Positions 21,283-32,851 of a stretch of DNA of 64,000 bases are shown piece by piece. The translations under genes and the position numbers were made by a program. The notes beneath the pieces are model-generated. The model ran no database searches, was not told the origin of the DNA, and saw only the letters and a program-made list of their open reading frames with translations. This DNA comes from an uncultured Pelagibacteraceae bacterium. Lineage in GTDB: Bacteria; Pseudomonadota; Alphaproteobacteria; Pelagibacterales; AG-422-B15. The DNA is taken from assembly GCA_902523535.1 (NCBI GenBank), contig CABYZQ010000001.1:53047-117046 (forward strand), written 5' to 3'. Position 1 is the first letter of the stretch; each line of letters starts with the position of its first letter.

Positions 21283-21777
21283 ATGTCATATTTATTTTCT
21301 GATCCTTCGTTTTGGGTATTTATAGCGTTTCTAATTTTTATAGCAGTCGCACTTTTCATAAAAGCCCCGTCAATGATAGCAAAGCTTCTAGATGGCGAAA
21401 TTGAAAATATTAAATCTGAATTAGATAATGCAAGAAAACTAAAGGAAGAAGCGAATTCTCTCGTTGCTGAATACGAAAGAAAAGTTCAGTCAGCAGATGA
21501 AGAAGCAAACAACATCATTAATCAGGCTAAAGAAATTGCAAAGAATCATGAGGAAACCTCTAAAGCTAAAGCAGAAGAATTTATCAAAAGGGCTGAGCAG
21601 CAAGCAATCGATAAAATATCAAGGGCAGAAAAAGTAGCGATTTCTAAAGTAAATGAGGAGATAGTAGCGAATTCGGTCAATATTGCTGAAAAAATTATCA
21701 TTGAAAATATTAATGAACAAAGCTCAAAAAAATTAGTTGAGCAATCTATAAGCCAGATAAATAAACTCAAGACATAA
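21283..21777 (+). CDS. atpF: F0F1 ATP synthase subunit b
   Basis: Single N-terminal TM helix followed by a long A/E/K-rich helix; follows b'. Confidence 0.88.
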   Translation: MSYLFSDPSFWVFIAFLIFIAVALFIKAPSMIAKLLDGEIENIKSELDNARKLKEEANSLVAEYERKVQSADEEANNIINQAKEIAKNHEETSKAKAEEFIKRAEQQAIDKISRAEKVAISKVNEEIVANSVNIAEKIIIENINEQSSKKLVEQSISQINKLKT

Positions 21778-21819
21778 ATCATTACTTAATTAACTTATTC
21801 TGAGCTATAAATATAGTTA

Positions 21820-22782
21820 ATGGCTGTATATACAAAAATATCAATTGATGAACTAAATCTTTTTTTGAGCAAATATAGCATTGATAATATAAATGAGTTT
21901 AGTGGTATCAAAGGTGGAACCTCAAATTCAAACTACCTACTCACTGCAGATAATAAAAAATTTATCCTGACTATTTTTGAGGAAAGAACAAATCAAGAGA
22001 ATCTTCCGTTTTATTTTGATTTAATGAATCATCTAAATGCCCACGATATTAAATGTCCTGAGGTCATCAAGGATAAACAGGGTAATTTCTCAAATTCTAT
22101 TAAACAAAAGCATGCTGTTATTACCTCATTCCTAACAGGCAGTTCTTTAGAGAAAATAAAACCTATTCATTGTTCTAATCTAGGCCTAACCATCGCCAAA
22201 ATGCATAATGCCTCTGAAAAACTAAATATAAAAAGAGAAAATGAGCTGGGTTTCGATAAGCTTGGTATTATTATTGAAAAGTTAAAGACTTATAAAAAGC
22301 ATATTGATGATGAAAAACTAAAATTCATAGAAGATGAATTCTTATTTTTATCAAAAGAAATAAATAAAGACTTACCATCAGGTATAATTCATGCAGACTT
22401 ATTTCCTGATAATATTTTTTTTGAAGAAAATAATCTAACAGGTATTATTGATTTTTATTTTTCGTGTAATGATTTTTATGCATATGAGATTGCTATTTGT
22501 CTCAACGCCTGGTGTTTTGAGGATAGTAATAATGAATTTAATCCAACCAAAGCAAAGTATCTATTAGGAAGTTATAACCAAGAACGAAAATTTTCTAATG
22601 AAGAAGTTGAAGCCCTGCCTCTGCTAGCAAGAGCATCTGCATTAAGATATTTACTGACAAGACTTCTTGATTTTTATTCTCATGAAGACAGTGATTTAAT
22701 TTTAAAAAAAGATCCAAATGAGTATATTTCTAAGTTGAGATTTCACCAGTCAGTAAGAAAAGCCAGTGAATATGGACTCTGA
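21820..22782 (+). CDS. thrB: homoserine kinase, type II (APH-fold ThrB)
   Basis: Aminoglycoside-phosphotransferase-like catalytic motif IIHADLFPDNIFF...GIIDF; N-terminus GIKGGTSNSNY. Confidence 0.85.
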   Translation: MAVYTKISIDELNLFLSKYSIDNINEFSGIKGGTSNSNYLLTADNKKFILTIFEERTNQENLPFYFDLMNHLNAHDIKCPEVIKDKQGNFSNSIKQKHAVITSFLTGSSLEKIKPIHCSNLGLTIAKMHNASEKLNIKRENELGFDKLGIIIEKLKTYKKHIDDEKLKFIEDEFLFLSKEINKDLPSGIIHADLFPDNIFFEENNLTGIIDFYFSCNDFYAYEIAICLNAWCFEDSNNEFNPTKAKYLLGSYNQERKFSNEEVEALPLLARASALRYLLTRLLDFYSHEDSDLILKKDPNEYISKLRFHQSVRKASEYGL

Positions 22783-23206
22783 TATTTTACATATATACAC
22801 AGATGGAGCTTGCTCTGGAAATCCCGGACGAGGTGGTTGGGGGGTTTATATTGAAAAAGGTATTGAGAAAATTGAGTTAAATGGATCTGACGAAGACACA
22901 ACCAATAATAGAATGGAATTAGTAGCTGTTATTCAAGCTCTTCGGTACGTTGATCAGAATTCAAAAATAAAACTTTTTACAGATTCAAAATACGTAATGC
23001 AAGGTATCCAAGAATGGATCTTAAAATGGAAAACAAATGATTGGAAAACTGCAAACAAAAAAGATGTCAAAAATAAAGATCTTTGGATGGATCTTGATGA
23101 ACTTGTTGAGCTACATAATATCGACTGGATATGGGTTAAGGGTCATTCTGGTGACTTTGGAAATGAAATAGCTGATAAATTAGCTACTTCCGCAATATCA
23201 AATTAG
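22772..23206 (+). CDS. rnhA: ribonuclease HI
   Basis: IYTDGACSGNPGRGGWG, NNRMEL and TDSKYV motifs. The ATG at 22772 is preferred over the GTG at 22766. Confidence 0.93.
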   Translation: MDSDILHIYTDGACSGNPGRGGWGVYIEKGIEKIELNGSDEDTTNNRMELVAVIQALRYVDQNSKIKLFTDSKYVMQGIQEWILKWKTNDWKTANKKDVKNKDLWMDLDELVELHNIDWIWVKGHSGDFGNEIADKLATSAISN

Positions 23207-23688
23207 ATATTTTCGAGCATATTATCTGCACTACTAACGCTTACTTGTCCATCTTCGTCTTCAACAAAAAATTTCTCTACTATGCCATCATTGATTAATA
23301 TCGAGCATCTTTGAGTTTTTGTTGATGTGCCAAAGCTATCAGGAAAATCAGTTCCAATAGATTTTGAAAATTTTGCCTTACTGTCTGATAAAAATAGAAT
23401 CTTTCCAATGGAGCCTGACATTTCTTCCCAAGCAGACAATGTGAATATATCATTTGTAGCAAAGCAAATAACTGCATCGACTCCTCTAGCTTTCATTTCA
23501 TCAGCTTTATCCAAGAATCCAGGCAAATGATTCCTGGAGCAAGTCGGTGTGAAAGCACCAGGAACACCAAACATTACTACTTTCTTGTCTTTACAATAGT
23601 CTAACACAGAAAGAGGTTGTGGGCCTTTTTCACTGTCCATTTTTACAAGCTTAATATCTGGAATTTGGTTTCCTATAAGATCTACCAT
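23203..23688 (-). CDS. peroxiredoxin, Prx5-like (atypical 2-Cys)
   Basis: PGAFTPTCS peroxidatic Cys motif; 161 aa. Confidence 0.9.
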   Translation of the reverse strand: MVDLIGNQIPDIKLVKMDSEKGPQPLSVLDYCKDKKVVMFGVPGAFTPTCSRNHLPGFLDKADEMKARGVDAVICFATNDIFTLSAWEEMSGSIGKILFLSDSKAKFSKSIGTDFPDSFGTSTKTQRCSILINDGIVEKFFVEDEDGQVSVSSADNMLENI

Positions 23689-23697
23689 AGGCGCATA

Positions 23698-24282
23698 CTA
23701 TAAACTTTCATCTTTAATACAAGATAAAAGGAGGTGATCTTCCCAATTACCATTTATCTTTAAATACTTTCTTACAAGTCCTTCAATAGCAAAGCCATTG
23801 TTTTTAAGTGTTTTAAGAGATCGCTTATTGACTGGCAAACATGCAGCTTCTAACCGATGAAGATCTAATTCATCAAATATGAACTTTTTAATTAAATTTA
23901 TTGCTTCACTCATCAGACCTTGACCCATTTTTTCTTCGCAAATCCAATATCCTATTGAACATGACTGCACAACGCTTCTTTGAACATTGTTGATATTTAT
24001 TTCGCCTATTAAATTTTTAGTATAGCTTTCAAAAATTAAAAAAGAGTAAGCACTGTCATCTAAAGCTAGCTTCTCGAAAAATCTAACTCTTTTTACAAAT
24101 GAACTTCTTTCAAGTTCTGATGATGACCACAGAGGTTCCCACGGTTTGAGATAAAATTTATTTTTTTCTTTTAATGATGACCAAACTTTCCAATCCTTAT
24201 ACTCTGGAGGTCTTAAAAAAACATTTTTACCTTTTAGCTCAAATTCAATTCTCTTTGGGTAATATGTAGTTAAAAAGGACAT
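23698..24282 (-). CDS. GNAT acetyltransferase, RimJ/RimL-like
   Basis: The LRPPEYKD...W pattern, the QGLMSEA loop and LHRLEA are typical of the RimJ/RimL subgroup. Confidence 0.7.
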   Translation of the reverse strand: MSFLTTYYPKRIEFELKGKNVFLRPPEYKDWKVWSSLKEKNKFYLKPWEPLWSSSELERSSFVKRVRFFEKLALDDSAYSFLIFESYTKNLIGEININNVQRSVVQSCSIGYWICEEKMGQGLMSEAINLIKKFIFDELDLHRLEAACLPVNKRSLKTLKNNGFAIEGLVRKYLKINGNWEDHLLLSCIKDESL

Positions 24283-25668
24283 TTAATTTTTGTTCTCTAA
24301 AATAAATTTTTTCACTTCGTCCGTATTGTTTTGTACGGAGTGAATTTTTTCGTCTTTACTAAATAAATCCTTGTAATTACTTAATAAATCAAGGTTTTTT
24401 TCAACAGCCATTTCAACTGTCTCTGAAAACTTTACAGGATGAGCAGTTGATAATGTGAAATTCATGCGATCACTATCATTTGTCTTTCTTGAGGCATTTA
24501 TGCCGGTAGCTGTATGAGGATCAATGAGGTATGAATGAATTTCATGAACATTTGATATTATTTTGTTAACATCTTCTTGATGTGTGCTTGCAGATGCAAA
24601 GATATTTGAAATCATATTCAAGTCCTGTTGCTCTACTGTTAGTTTTCCCTTTTCTTCAAATAAATGCATTGCTGATGCTGTTTTTTCATTTGACTGACTC
24701 ATGATGTCAAACAAAAGTCTTTCAAAGTTACTTGCTATTTGTATATCCATACTCGGGCTTGTTGTTTTTTTTACGCTTTCTGTCTCGTAAACTCCTGTAT
24801 TTATAAATCTATGTAAGATATCATTTTCATTTGTAGCAATGATTAACTTATTTATTGGTAGGCCCATCTTGTAGGATACATATCCTGCATAAATATCACC
24901 AAAATTACCTGTTGGAACCGAGAAATTAACTGTTGGTCTGGATGCATCAAAATAATTTATATATGTATAATAATAGTATACGCATTGAATTAATATTCGT
25001 GCCCAATTAATCGAATTGACTGCAGATATATTATTTTGGGAACTGAACTCAGTATCCTTGAGAATATCTTTTACTATTTTTTGACAGTCATCAAATGTTC
25101 CATCAATTTCACACAAAAAGATATTACTTTCTGTAACTGTTGACATTTGACGTCTTTGAAAATCTGAGATTCTCTTACTAGGATACAAACAAAATATACT
25201 TATGTTCTTACTTTGCTTTACAGCATTAATTGCTGCAGATCCAGTATCACCTGAAGTAGCAACAATCAAATTTATTTTCTTCTTTTCTTTTTCTAAAAAA
25301 TGATCAAATAAAGGAATAAGTAATTGCATTGCAAAATCTTTGAATGCAAGTGTAGGACCATTAAATAATTCAACTATAATCTCGTTATCACTCAATTCTT
25401 TAAATGATACAAGATGTTCTGATGAGAACTGTTTTGAATAGGAAGTATTAATAATATTTTCCAGTTCCATTATAGAAATAAAATCCTTAACATATGGATA
25501 AAGAATTAATTTTGTAAGGTCTTTGTAGCTAATATTCTTATCTACCTTATGGACATCTATTTGAGGCCAATTCATTGGCACATAAAGCCCCCCGTCCTCA
25601 GCTAATCCAGCAAAAAGAACTTTCTTGAAAGTCTCCTCGTTAGTTCCTCTTGTACTTCTATACTTCAT
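24283..25668 (-). CDS. thrC: threonine synthase
   Basis: N-terminal YRSTRG, PLP lysine motif PTLAFKDFA and SGDTGSAA. Confidence 0.93.
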   Translation of the reverse strand: MKYRSTRGTNEETFKKVLFAGLAEDGGLYVPMNWPQIDVHKVDKNISYKDLTKLILYPYVKDFISIMELENIINTSYSKQFSSEHLVSFKELSDNEIIVELFNGPTLAFKDFAMQLLIPLFDHFLEKEKKKINLIVATSGDTGSAAINAVKQSKNISIFCLYPSKRISDFQRRQMSTVTESNIFLCEIDGTFDDCQKIVKDILKDTEFSSQNNISAVNSINWARILIQCVYYYYTYINYFDASRPTVNFSVPTGNFGDIYAGYVSYKMGLPINKLIIATNENDILHRFINTGVYETESVKKTTSPSMDIQIASNFERLLFDIMSQSNEKTASAMHLFEEKGKLTVEQQDLNMISNIFASASTHQEDVNKIISNVHEIHSYLIDPHTATGINASRKTNDSDRMNFTLSTAHPVKFSETVEMAVEKNLDLLSNYKDLFSKDEKIHSVQNNTDEVKKFILENKN

Positions 25669-26356
25669 TTTTAGTAATTCCTTGTCTTATATAATAGATA
25701 TACATGATCAATATAACAATTGATAGCAGGAACCATGTAACTGCATATTGCATGTGATTATTTGTTATGTTTGATGGCTCAAATTCAATTAAAAGATTCT
25801 CAAATTTATTTTGATCAATAATTTTAAGAATATATGGACTTGATTCAATTTTATGAAAATTATCCATCTCATCAGTATTTAGGAGGTACCATATACTTGC
25901 CGAATATTCATTCTCAGGTATTAAAGGTTTTCTCTCTTTAGAATATATTAGGGCTCCATTGACAATGAACTCCTTGTTTGAGTCTATAAAATCGAGATTA
26001 AAACTTTCTTTAAAATCATAAGGTATCCATCCCAAGATCACATAAACATATTTTGCATCTTCAGTTTTTAAAGGTAATACAATTTCAAACCCTGACATAC
26101 CGTTTAAATTTGATTTAAAAAAATACATAAGTTTTTCTTTTATAAAAAAACCTTTTAACTCTACTTGCATAAATTCAAATTCTTTATCTATACCACCTTC
26201 AAAAGGAAATTTTTCCAATTTGAGCATGTAATTTTTTTCAACTGAATTAATTATATTCATCTTCCACTCTAATCTTTGGGTTTGCCAATAGCCAAGCAAT
26301 AAAAGAAAGCAAATTGTTACTAGAAAAATAAAATGGAAAGAGAAATTTTTAATCAA
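25658..26356 (-). CDS. SURF1 family cytochrome oxidase biogenesis protein (start uncertain)
   Basis: GYWQTQRLEWK motif, C-terminal HMQYAVTWF and a TM helix. The ORF is open to 26443, but that would overlap coxC by 73 nt. The in-frame TTG at 26356 (14 nt after the coxC stop) is preferred. Confidence 0.8.
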   Translation of the reverse strand: MIKNFSFHFIFLVTICFLLLLGYWQTQRLEWKMNIINSVEKNYMLKLEKFPFEGGIDKEFEFMQVELKGFFIKEKLMYFFKSNLNGMSGFEIVLPLKTEDAKYVYVILGWIPYDFKESFNLDFIDSNKEFIVNGALIYSKERKPLIPENEYSASIWYLLNTDEMDNFHKIESSPYILKIIDQNKFENLLIEFEPSNITNNHMQYAVTWFLLSIVILIMYIYYIRQGITKNEV

Positions 26357-26370
26357 TAGATAGATTAAGT

Positions 26371-27168
26371 TTAATAATATCCCCAGACATAAATTGCAGC
26401 GAATAAAAATAGCCATACAACATCTACAAAGTGCCAGTACCATGCAGCTGCTTCAAAACCAAAGTGATGATCAGCCTTAAAGTGTCCTGCAATTGATCTT
26501 CCTAAGCAAACAATGAGCATCACTGTTCCCATTAATACATGAAAACCATGGAAACCAGTTGCCATATAGAAAGTTGCTCCATAAATATGTCCTGAAAAAG
26601 CGAAGTCAGCATGCATATACTCATAAACCTGGAAGCCCGTAAAAATAATGCCAAGTCCTACTGTACACCAGAGACCTTGGATCAACTCTTTTCTGTTTCC
26701 CTCTGTTAGCGCGTGGTGCGCCCATGTAACGGTTGTACCTGATAGTAAAAGTATAAGAGTATTTATCAATGGTATATGCCAAGGATCCATTAAATGTATT
26801 TCTGCCGGAGGCCAAACAGAGCCTATTTGCTCAGTAGGAAATAAACTTGCATTGAAATAAGCCCAAAACCAGGCAACAAAGAACATAACTTCTGAAGCGA
26901 TAAACAAGGTCATGCCGTACCTCAGACCAATCTGAACTACAGGCGTATGATGACCCTGGTGTTCTCCTTCAATAATAATGTCTCTAAACCACATGTATGT
27001 AACATAAATTACAATAGCTAATCCAATAAGCATTAACCATAAGTCATCAGTTCTAAAATAAATTACAGCCCCAATACACAAGATGAGCGCACCAATTGAG
27101 GCTAAAAGTGGCCAAGGACTTGGTTCTACTAAATGATACTCATGAGAATTTGGATTACGTGAACTCAT
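26371..27168 (-). CDS. ctaE: cytochrome c oxidase subunit III
   Basis: HxxVxPSPWP N-terminus, seven-TM pattern and WYWHFVDVVWLFLF near the C-terminus. Confidence 0.95.
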   Translation of the reverse strand: MSSRNPNSHEYHLVEPSPWPLLASIGALILCIGAVIYFRTDDLWLMLIGLAIVIYVTYMWFRDIIIEGEHQGHHTPVVQIGLRYGMTLFIASEVMFFVAWFWAYFNASLFPTEQIGSVWPPAEIHLMDPWHIPLINTLILLLSGTTVTWAHHALTEGNRKELIQGLWCTVGLGIIFTGFQVYEYMHADFAFSGHIYGATFYMATGFHGFHVLMGTVMLIVCLGRSIAGHFKADHHFGFEAAAWYWHFVDVVWLFLFAAIYVWGYY

Positions 27169-27173
27169 AGGAA

Positions 27174-27719
27174 TTATGTATCACTGTTTTCGTAAAAGGT
27201 ATAGGACAAAGTAACTTCGGATAGATCTGCTACGTATTGATCATTTTTAATTTCAGGATCGATATAAAAAGATACTGGCATAATCTTTTTCTCATTAGCT
27301 TTTAATTCAGTATTTTGAAAACAGAAACATTCTATTTTGTTAAAGTATTTTGCTGCCTCAGCTGGGGAAACATTATATACCGCAGTTCCATTCAGTACTT
27401 GATCTGTATTATTGATTATAACGTAGTTGATTAATTTATTCTCACCAATTTGAATTTGATGTGTTCTTTGCTCAGGGAAAAAGTCCCAGTTCAGAGTTGA
27501 TCCAACGTTTGAGTCAAGTCTTACATCTATTAGAGAGTCAGTTATATAAACACTTTCTTGAGAGTAAATTTTTGGGGTACCTCCAAAACCTGTAACTTTA
27601 CAAAAGTAATTATATAGTGGCACAGATGCATAGGCTAATATTACCATCGATATAACAATACCAAGCAAGCCTACTGCTAGAGAAGTATTCGAACTATATT
27701 TTAAATTCAAAAAATTCAT
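27174..27719 (-). CDS. ctaG: cytochrome c oxidase assembly protein CtaG/Cox11
   Basis: N-terminal TM anchor and Cu-binding CFCF motif (IECFCFQ). Confidence 0.92.
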   Translation of the reverse strand: MNFLNLKYSSNTSLAVGLLGIVISMVILAYASVPLYNYFCKVTGFGGTPKIYSQESVYITDSLIDVRLDSNVGSTLNWDFFPEQRTHQIQIGENKLINYVIINNTDQVLNGTAVYNVSPAEAAKYFNKIECFCFQNTELKANEKKIMPVSFYIDPEIKNDQYVADLSEVTLSYTFYENSDT

Positions 27720-27827
27720 TTATACGAGACTTAACCTGTAAATTGTGTATGTGAAGAATGAGGCGACAAAAAAAACAAGTATTAATGCTGTAATTATGTT
27801 CCTTCTTTTTATTTTTTTATTAATCAT
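27720..27827 (-). CDS. 35-aa single-TM micro-protein between ctaB and ctaG (CoxF-like position); not in the ORF track
   Basis: MINKKIKRRNIITALILVFFVASFFTYTIYRLSLV. Its ATG overlaps the ctaB TGA (ATGA), and its TAA is followed directly by the ctaG ATG. Confidence 0.6.
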   Translation of the reverse strand: MINKKIKRRNIITALILVFFVASFFTYTIYRLSLV

Positions 27828-28753
27828 AATATGTTCCATAGCAAATTATCAATAAGGAGGATTGCGAAAATATTAAAGAGATAAATAATGGAAAAGAAGA
27901 ATAAAGTTTGTGCTTTTTTTTCTAATAACTTGGTGTGATCCACGTATTTTCTAAGATCTAATGCTAAATATATAAAGCAGATACCCATAATAGATGACAA
28001 AGTTCCAAAGAATAATGAATAGTAGTAACTCATTAGAAGTGTTACAGGTAAGAGTGTTAATGAATAGGCAATAATTAAACTAACTGTTTTCTTATTTCCG
28101 ACAACCAGTGGCATCATTGGAATACCTGCCTTTTTGTAGTCATCAGATTTATAGAGTGCGAGTGCCCAAAAATGTGGCGGGGTCCATAAAAAAATTAAAA
28201 TAAAAAGCAGACTGATTTCAGGAGATACACTGCCAGTAACAGCTGTCCATCCAATAATTGGGGGGAACGCTCCAGCGGCTCCACCAATAACAATATTTTG
28301 TGGAGTTCTTTTCTTTAGCCATATTGTATAGACAAAAATGTAATAAAGTATTGTTAGAAGAAGAATTGAAGCAGACAGTAAGTTTGCAACATAGTATAAA
28401 AGATAAATTGAAAATACTGACAAAGTAATTCCATAAATAAGAGCTCCATTCGCACTGATAAGCCCCATAGGTAACACTCTATTCTTAGTTCTCTCCATTA
28501 AGAGGTCCGTCTTTCTTTCATACCACATGTTTAATGCGCCAGATGCACCTGATCCAATCGAGATAGCTAGTATTATTAAAGCTCCTTCATAGATTGTTAT
28601 AAATCCTGGAGCAATAATCATGCCTACAAAGCTAGTAAAGATAGAGAGAGACATTACTCTTGGTTTTAATAAGGAGATATAAAAACCAACCTTTGAAAAA
28701 AATGAGTTAATCCCAATTTCTTGTTTATCAGAAACTGAAGATATATTTACCAT
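27824..28753 (-). CDS. ctaB: protoheme IX farnesyltransferase (heme O synthase)
   Basis: UbiA-family polytopic protein with NMWYERKTDLLMERTKNR and PPHFWALAL motifs. Confidence 0.93.
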   Translation of the reverse strand: MVNISSVSDKQEIGINSFFSKVGFYISLLKPRVMSLSIFTSFVGMIIAPGFITIYEGALIILAISIGSGASGALNMWYERKTDLLMERTKNRVLPMGLISANGALIYGITLSVFSIYLLYYVANLLSASILLLTILYYIFVYTIWLKKRTPQNIVIGGAAGAFPPIIGWTAVTGSVSPEISLLFILIFLWTPPHFWALALYKSDDYKKAGIPMMPLVVGNKKTVSLIIAYSLTLLPVTLLMSYYYSLFFGTLSSIMGICFIYLALDLRKYVDHTKLLEKKAQTLFFFSIIYLFNIFAILLIDNLLWNIL

Positions 28754-28762
28754 GCGACCTAA

Positions 28763-30379
<1,617 letters not shown>

Positions 30380-30404
30380 TTACTCCTTTTAATAAAAAAA
30401 TTAC

Positions 30405-31268
30405 CTAGTTCTTTGCAATTTCAAACGTTTCACTTGAATAGTCTACTCCAGACGATGCATATTCTTCTTTTGCGAAGTCTAGCCAATCGTCAAATTCACT
30501 TTCTGATACAACCTTAACATTAATAGGCATGAATGCGTGCTTAGCTCCACACAACTCTGAACATTGACCGTAATAAATACCTTCTTTATTAGCCTTGAAC
30601 CATGTTTCATTCAGTCTACCAGGTACCGCATCCATTTTTACTCCAAATGCAGGAATGGTCCATGCATGAAGGACGTCTGCAGATGTGATTTGAAGTTTGA
30701 CTACCTTATTTACCGGTACAACAATCTGGGTATCTGTCTCTAAGAGTCTCAACTTAGGGTCTGATAACTCGTTTTCTAAAAGCATATTTGCGTCGAAAGC
30801 GATGTCTTCATAATCCGGATATTCGTAGGTCCAATACCATTGATTACCTATTGCCTTGATAGTCAAGTCAGCTTTTGGAATTGTTTCTGAAACATACAGC
30901 AGTCTAAATGATGGAATGGCTATTATAATTAAAAGTATTACTGGGATTACAGTCCATAATATTTCAATGGTTGTATTATGAGTTGTCGTCGATGCAACTA
31001 CATTTCTCTTACTGTTAAACCTAAACATTATGTAAAGAAGCAAGCCTAAGACAAGCAAAGAAATACCAGTTATAATTGGCATGAGGATGTAACTATGGAA
31101 AGAAATAATATCTGACATCAAATCAGTTGCTGGCTCCTGAAAGCTAAGTTGCCAGTTTTCTGATTTACCCTCTTTAGCAAATGCTGCAAAAGGCAAAAAA
31201 ACTAAAATAGAAACTTTTAATAACATGCTCATTGTTTGTCTAAATATTGAAAATATGGGTGTTAACAT
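30405..31268 (-). CDS. ctaC: cytochrome c oxidase subunit II
   Basis: CuA site HAW...CSELCGAKHAFMP, with a signal sequence and two TM helices. Confidence 0.95.
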   Translation of the reverse strand: MLTPIFSIFRQTMSMLLKVSILVFLPFAAFAKEGKSENWQLSFQEPATDLMSDIISFHSYILMPIITGISLLVLGLLLYIMFRFNSKRNVVASTTTHNTTIEILWTVIPVILLIIIAIPSFRLLYVSETIPKADLTIKAIGNQWYWTYEYPDYEDIAFDANMLLENELSDPKLRLLETDTQIVVPVNKVVKLQITSADVLHAWTIPAFGVKMDAVPGRLNETWFKANKEGIYYGQCSELCGAKHAFMPINVKVVSESEFDDWLDFAKEEYASSGVDYSSETFEIAKN

Positions 31269-31405
31269 TATCTTCTAATATATACTGTTTAAATTCTTAG
31301 AAACTATGAGTAATTTTGCGACAGTTTGACGCAATTTTTATTAGTTTTTAGGGTTTTTTTAGTATAAATTTTAAAAATTAGAGTAATTTCACTGAGCATT
31401 TGAAT

Positions 31406-32851
31406 ATGAGCAAAAACATAAAGAATCAATCAACTGATAGCCTATTCTTCTCTAGAAGCAATCTGGACAATAGCAGTGTTGATAAAATAGTTTCAAACGC
31501 CCTTCACAAGGCCGATGATGGTGAACTATTCATGGAATTTTGTGAGAGTGAAAGCTTTGTCTACGATGACCAAAGATTAAAAAGTGCCTCTTTTGATAAA
31601 TCGAAGGGTTTTGGTTTAAGAGCTGTTGCAGGTGAAAGTTCTGGCTATGCTCATTCATCTGACATAGATGAAAAGTCTCTTAAAAAAGCATCTGATACAG
31701 TAAATTTTGTTACGAAAGACAACAACGCAAATTTTAATGCTGCGTTCTCCCAGACTAATAGAAAACTATACAAAGAAACGAACCCTATTAATGAAACAGA
31801 ATTTTCTGAAAAAGTTAATGTATTAAAAGATATCGATGAATATGCACGTTCAAAAAATACCCAGGTTAAACAAGTCTCCGCATCTTTAAATGGTGAGTGG
31901 CAAGCAGTTCGTATCTACAGACCAGGAGGAATTGTTATAGAAGATTTAAGGCCATTAGTCAGATTGTATATTTCAATTGTATTAGAAAAGGATGGTAGGC
32001 AAGAAAATGGAAGCAGGGGTTCAGGTGGCAGAGTCGATTATTCATCTTTTCTAGATCCCAGTCATTGGAAGCAACAAGTAGACGATGCCATTAATCAAGC
32101 AGAAATAAATTTAACTTCGGTAGATACACCTGCAGGTGAAATGGATGTGGTACTTGGTCCAGGATATCCGGGAGTACTTCTTCATGAAGCGATTGGACAT
32201 GGACTTGAAGGAGATTTTAATAGAAAAAAAACATCTGCATTCTCCAATTTACTTGGAGAGAAAATTGCTGATGAAGCAGTAACGGTAGTCGATGATGGCA
32301 CTATTGACTCAAGAAGAGGATCTCTAAGTGTAGATGATGAGGGAACACCCACGAGTTGCACTACTTTAATTGAGAATGGAATTTTGACGGGGTATATGCA
32401 AGACCGACTCAATTCAAGATTGATGGGAGTTAGTCCAACAGGAAATGGACGAAGAGAAAGTTACGCACATTTGCCAATGCCGAGAATGACCAATACTCAC
32501 ATGTTATCTGGAAACAGAGATCCAAAAGAAATTCTAAAATCAGTAAAAAACGGATTGTACGCAGTAGATTTTGGTGGTGGTCAAGTAGATATTACCAGTG
32601 GAAAGTTTGTATTCACTTGCACAGAAGCTTATAAAATTGAAAATGGGGTTGTTACAAGTCCTGTCAAGGGAGCTACGTTGATAGGTAATGGACCAGACGT
32701 GCTTAAAAGAGTAAAGATGGTCGGAAACGATTCAAAAATGGATAGTGGTATAGGAACTTGCGGTAAAGATGGCCAGAGTGTTCCTGTAGGTGTTGGTCAG
32801 CCAACTATGTTAATTGAAAACTTAACTGTCGGTGGTACTGCTACTGCTTAA
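31406..32851 (+). CDS. tldD: metalloprotease TldD
   Basis: HEAIGHGLEGD zinc motif and GxC..GQ C-terminal region. The ATG at 31406 is preferred over the TTG at 31400. Confidence 0.92.
   Translation: MSKNIKNQSTDSLFFSRSNLDNSSVDKIVSNALHKADDGELFMEFCESESFVYDDQRLKSASFDKSKGFGLRAVAGESSGYAHSSDIDEKSLKKASDTVNFVTKDNNANFNAAFSQTNRKLYKETNPINETEFSEKVNVLKDIDEYARSKNTQVKQVSASLNGEWQAVRIYRPGGIVIEDLRPLVRLYISIVLEKDGRQENGSRGSGGRVDYSSFLDPSHWKQQVDDAINQAEINLTSVDTPAGEMDVVLGPGYPGVLLHEAIGHGLEGDFNRKKTSAFSNLLGEKIADEAVTVVDDGTIDSRRGSLSVDDEGTPTSCTTLIENGILTGYMQDRLNSRLMGVSPTGNGRRESYAHLPMPRMTNTHMLSGNRDPKEILKSVKNGLYAVDFGGGQVDITSGKFVFTCTEAYKIENGVVTSPVKGATLIGNGPDVLKRVKMVGNDSKMDSGIGTCGKDGQSVPVGVGQPTMLIENLTVGGTATA

Noticed and set aside
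26357-26443. N-terminal Cys-rich extension of the SURF1 ORF (MVLALCRCCMAIFIRCNLC...).
   Set aside because: It would overlap the coxC 3' end by 73 nt. The conserved SURF1 sequence starts with the TM helix before GYWQTQR. An in-frame TTG just after the coxC stop is a more plausible start.
31316-31334. Inverted repeat TTGCG-N9-CGCAA in the coxB/tldD divergent region, superficially FNR/FixK-like.
   Set aside because: The arms are only 5 bp, and the spacing (9) does not fit the TTGAT-N4-ATCAA class. It is too weak to call from a single occurrence.
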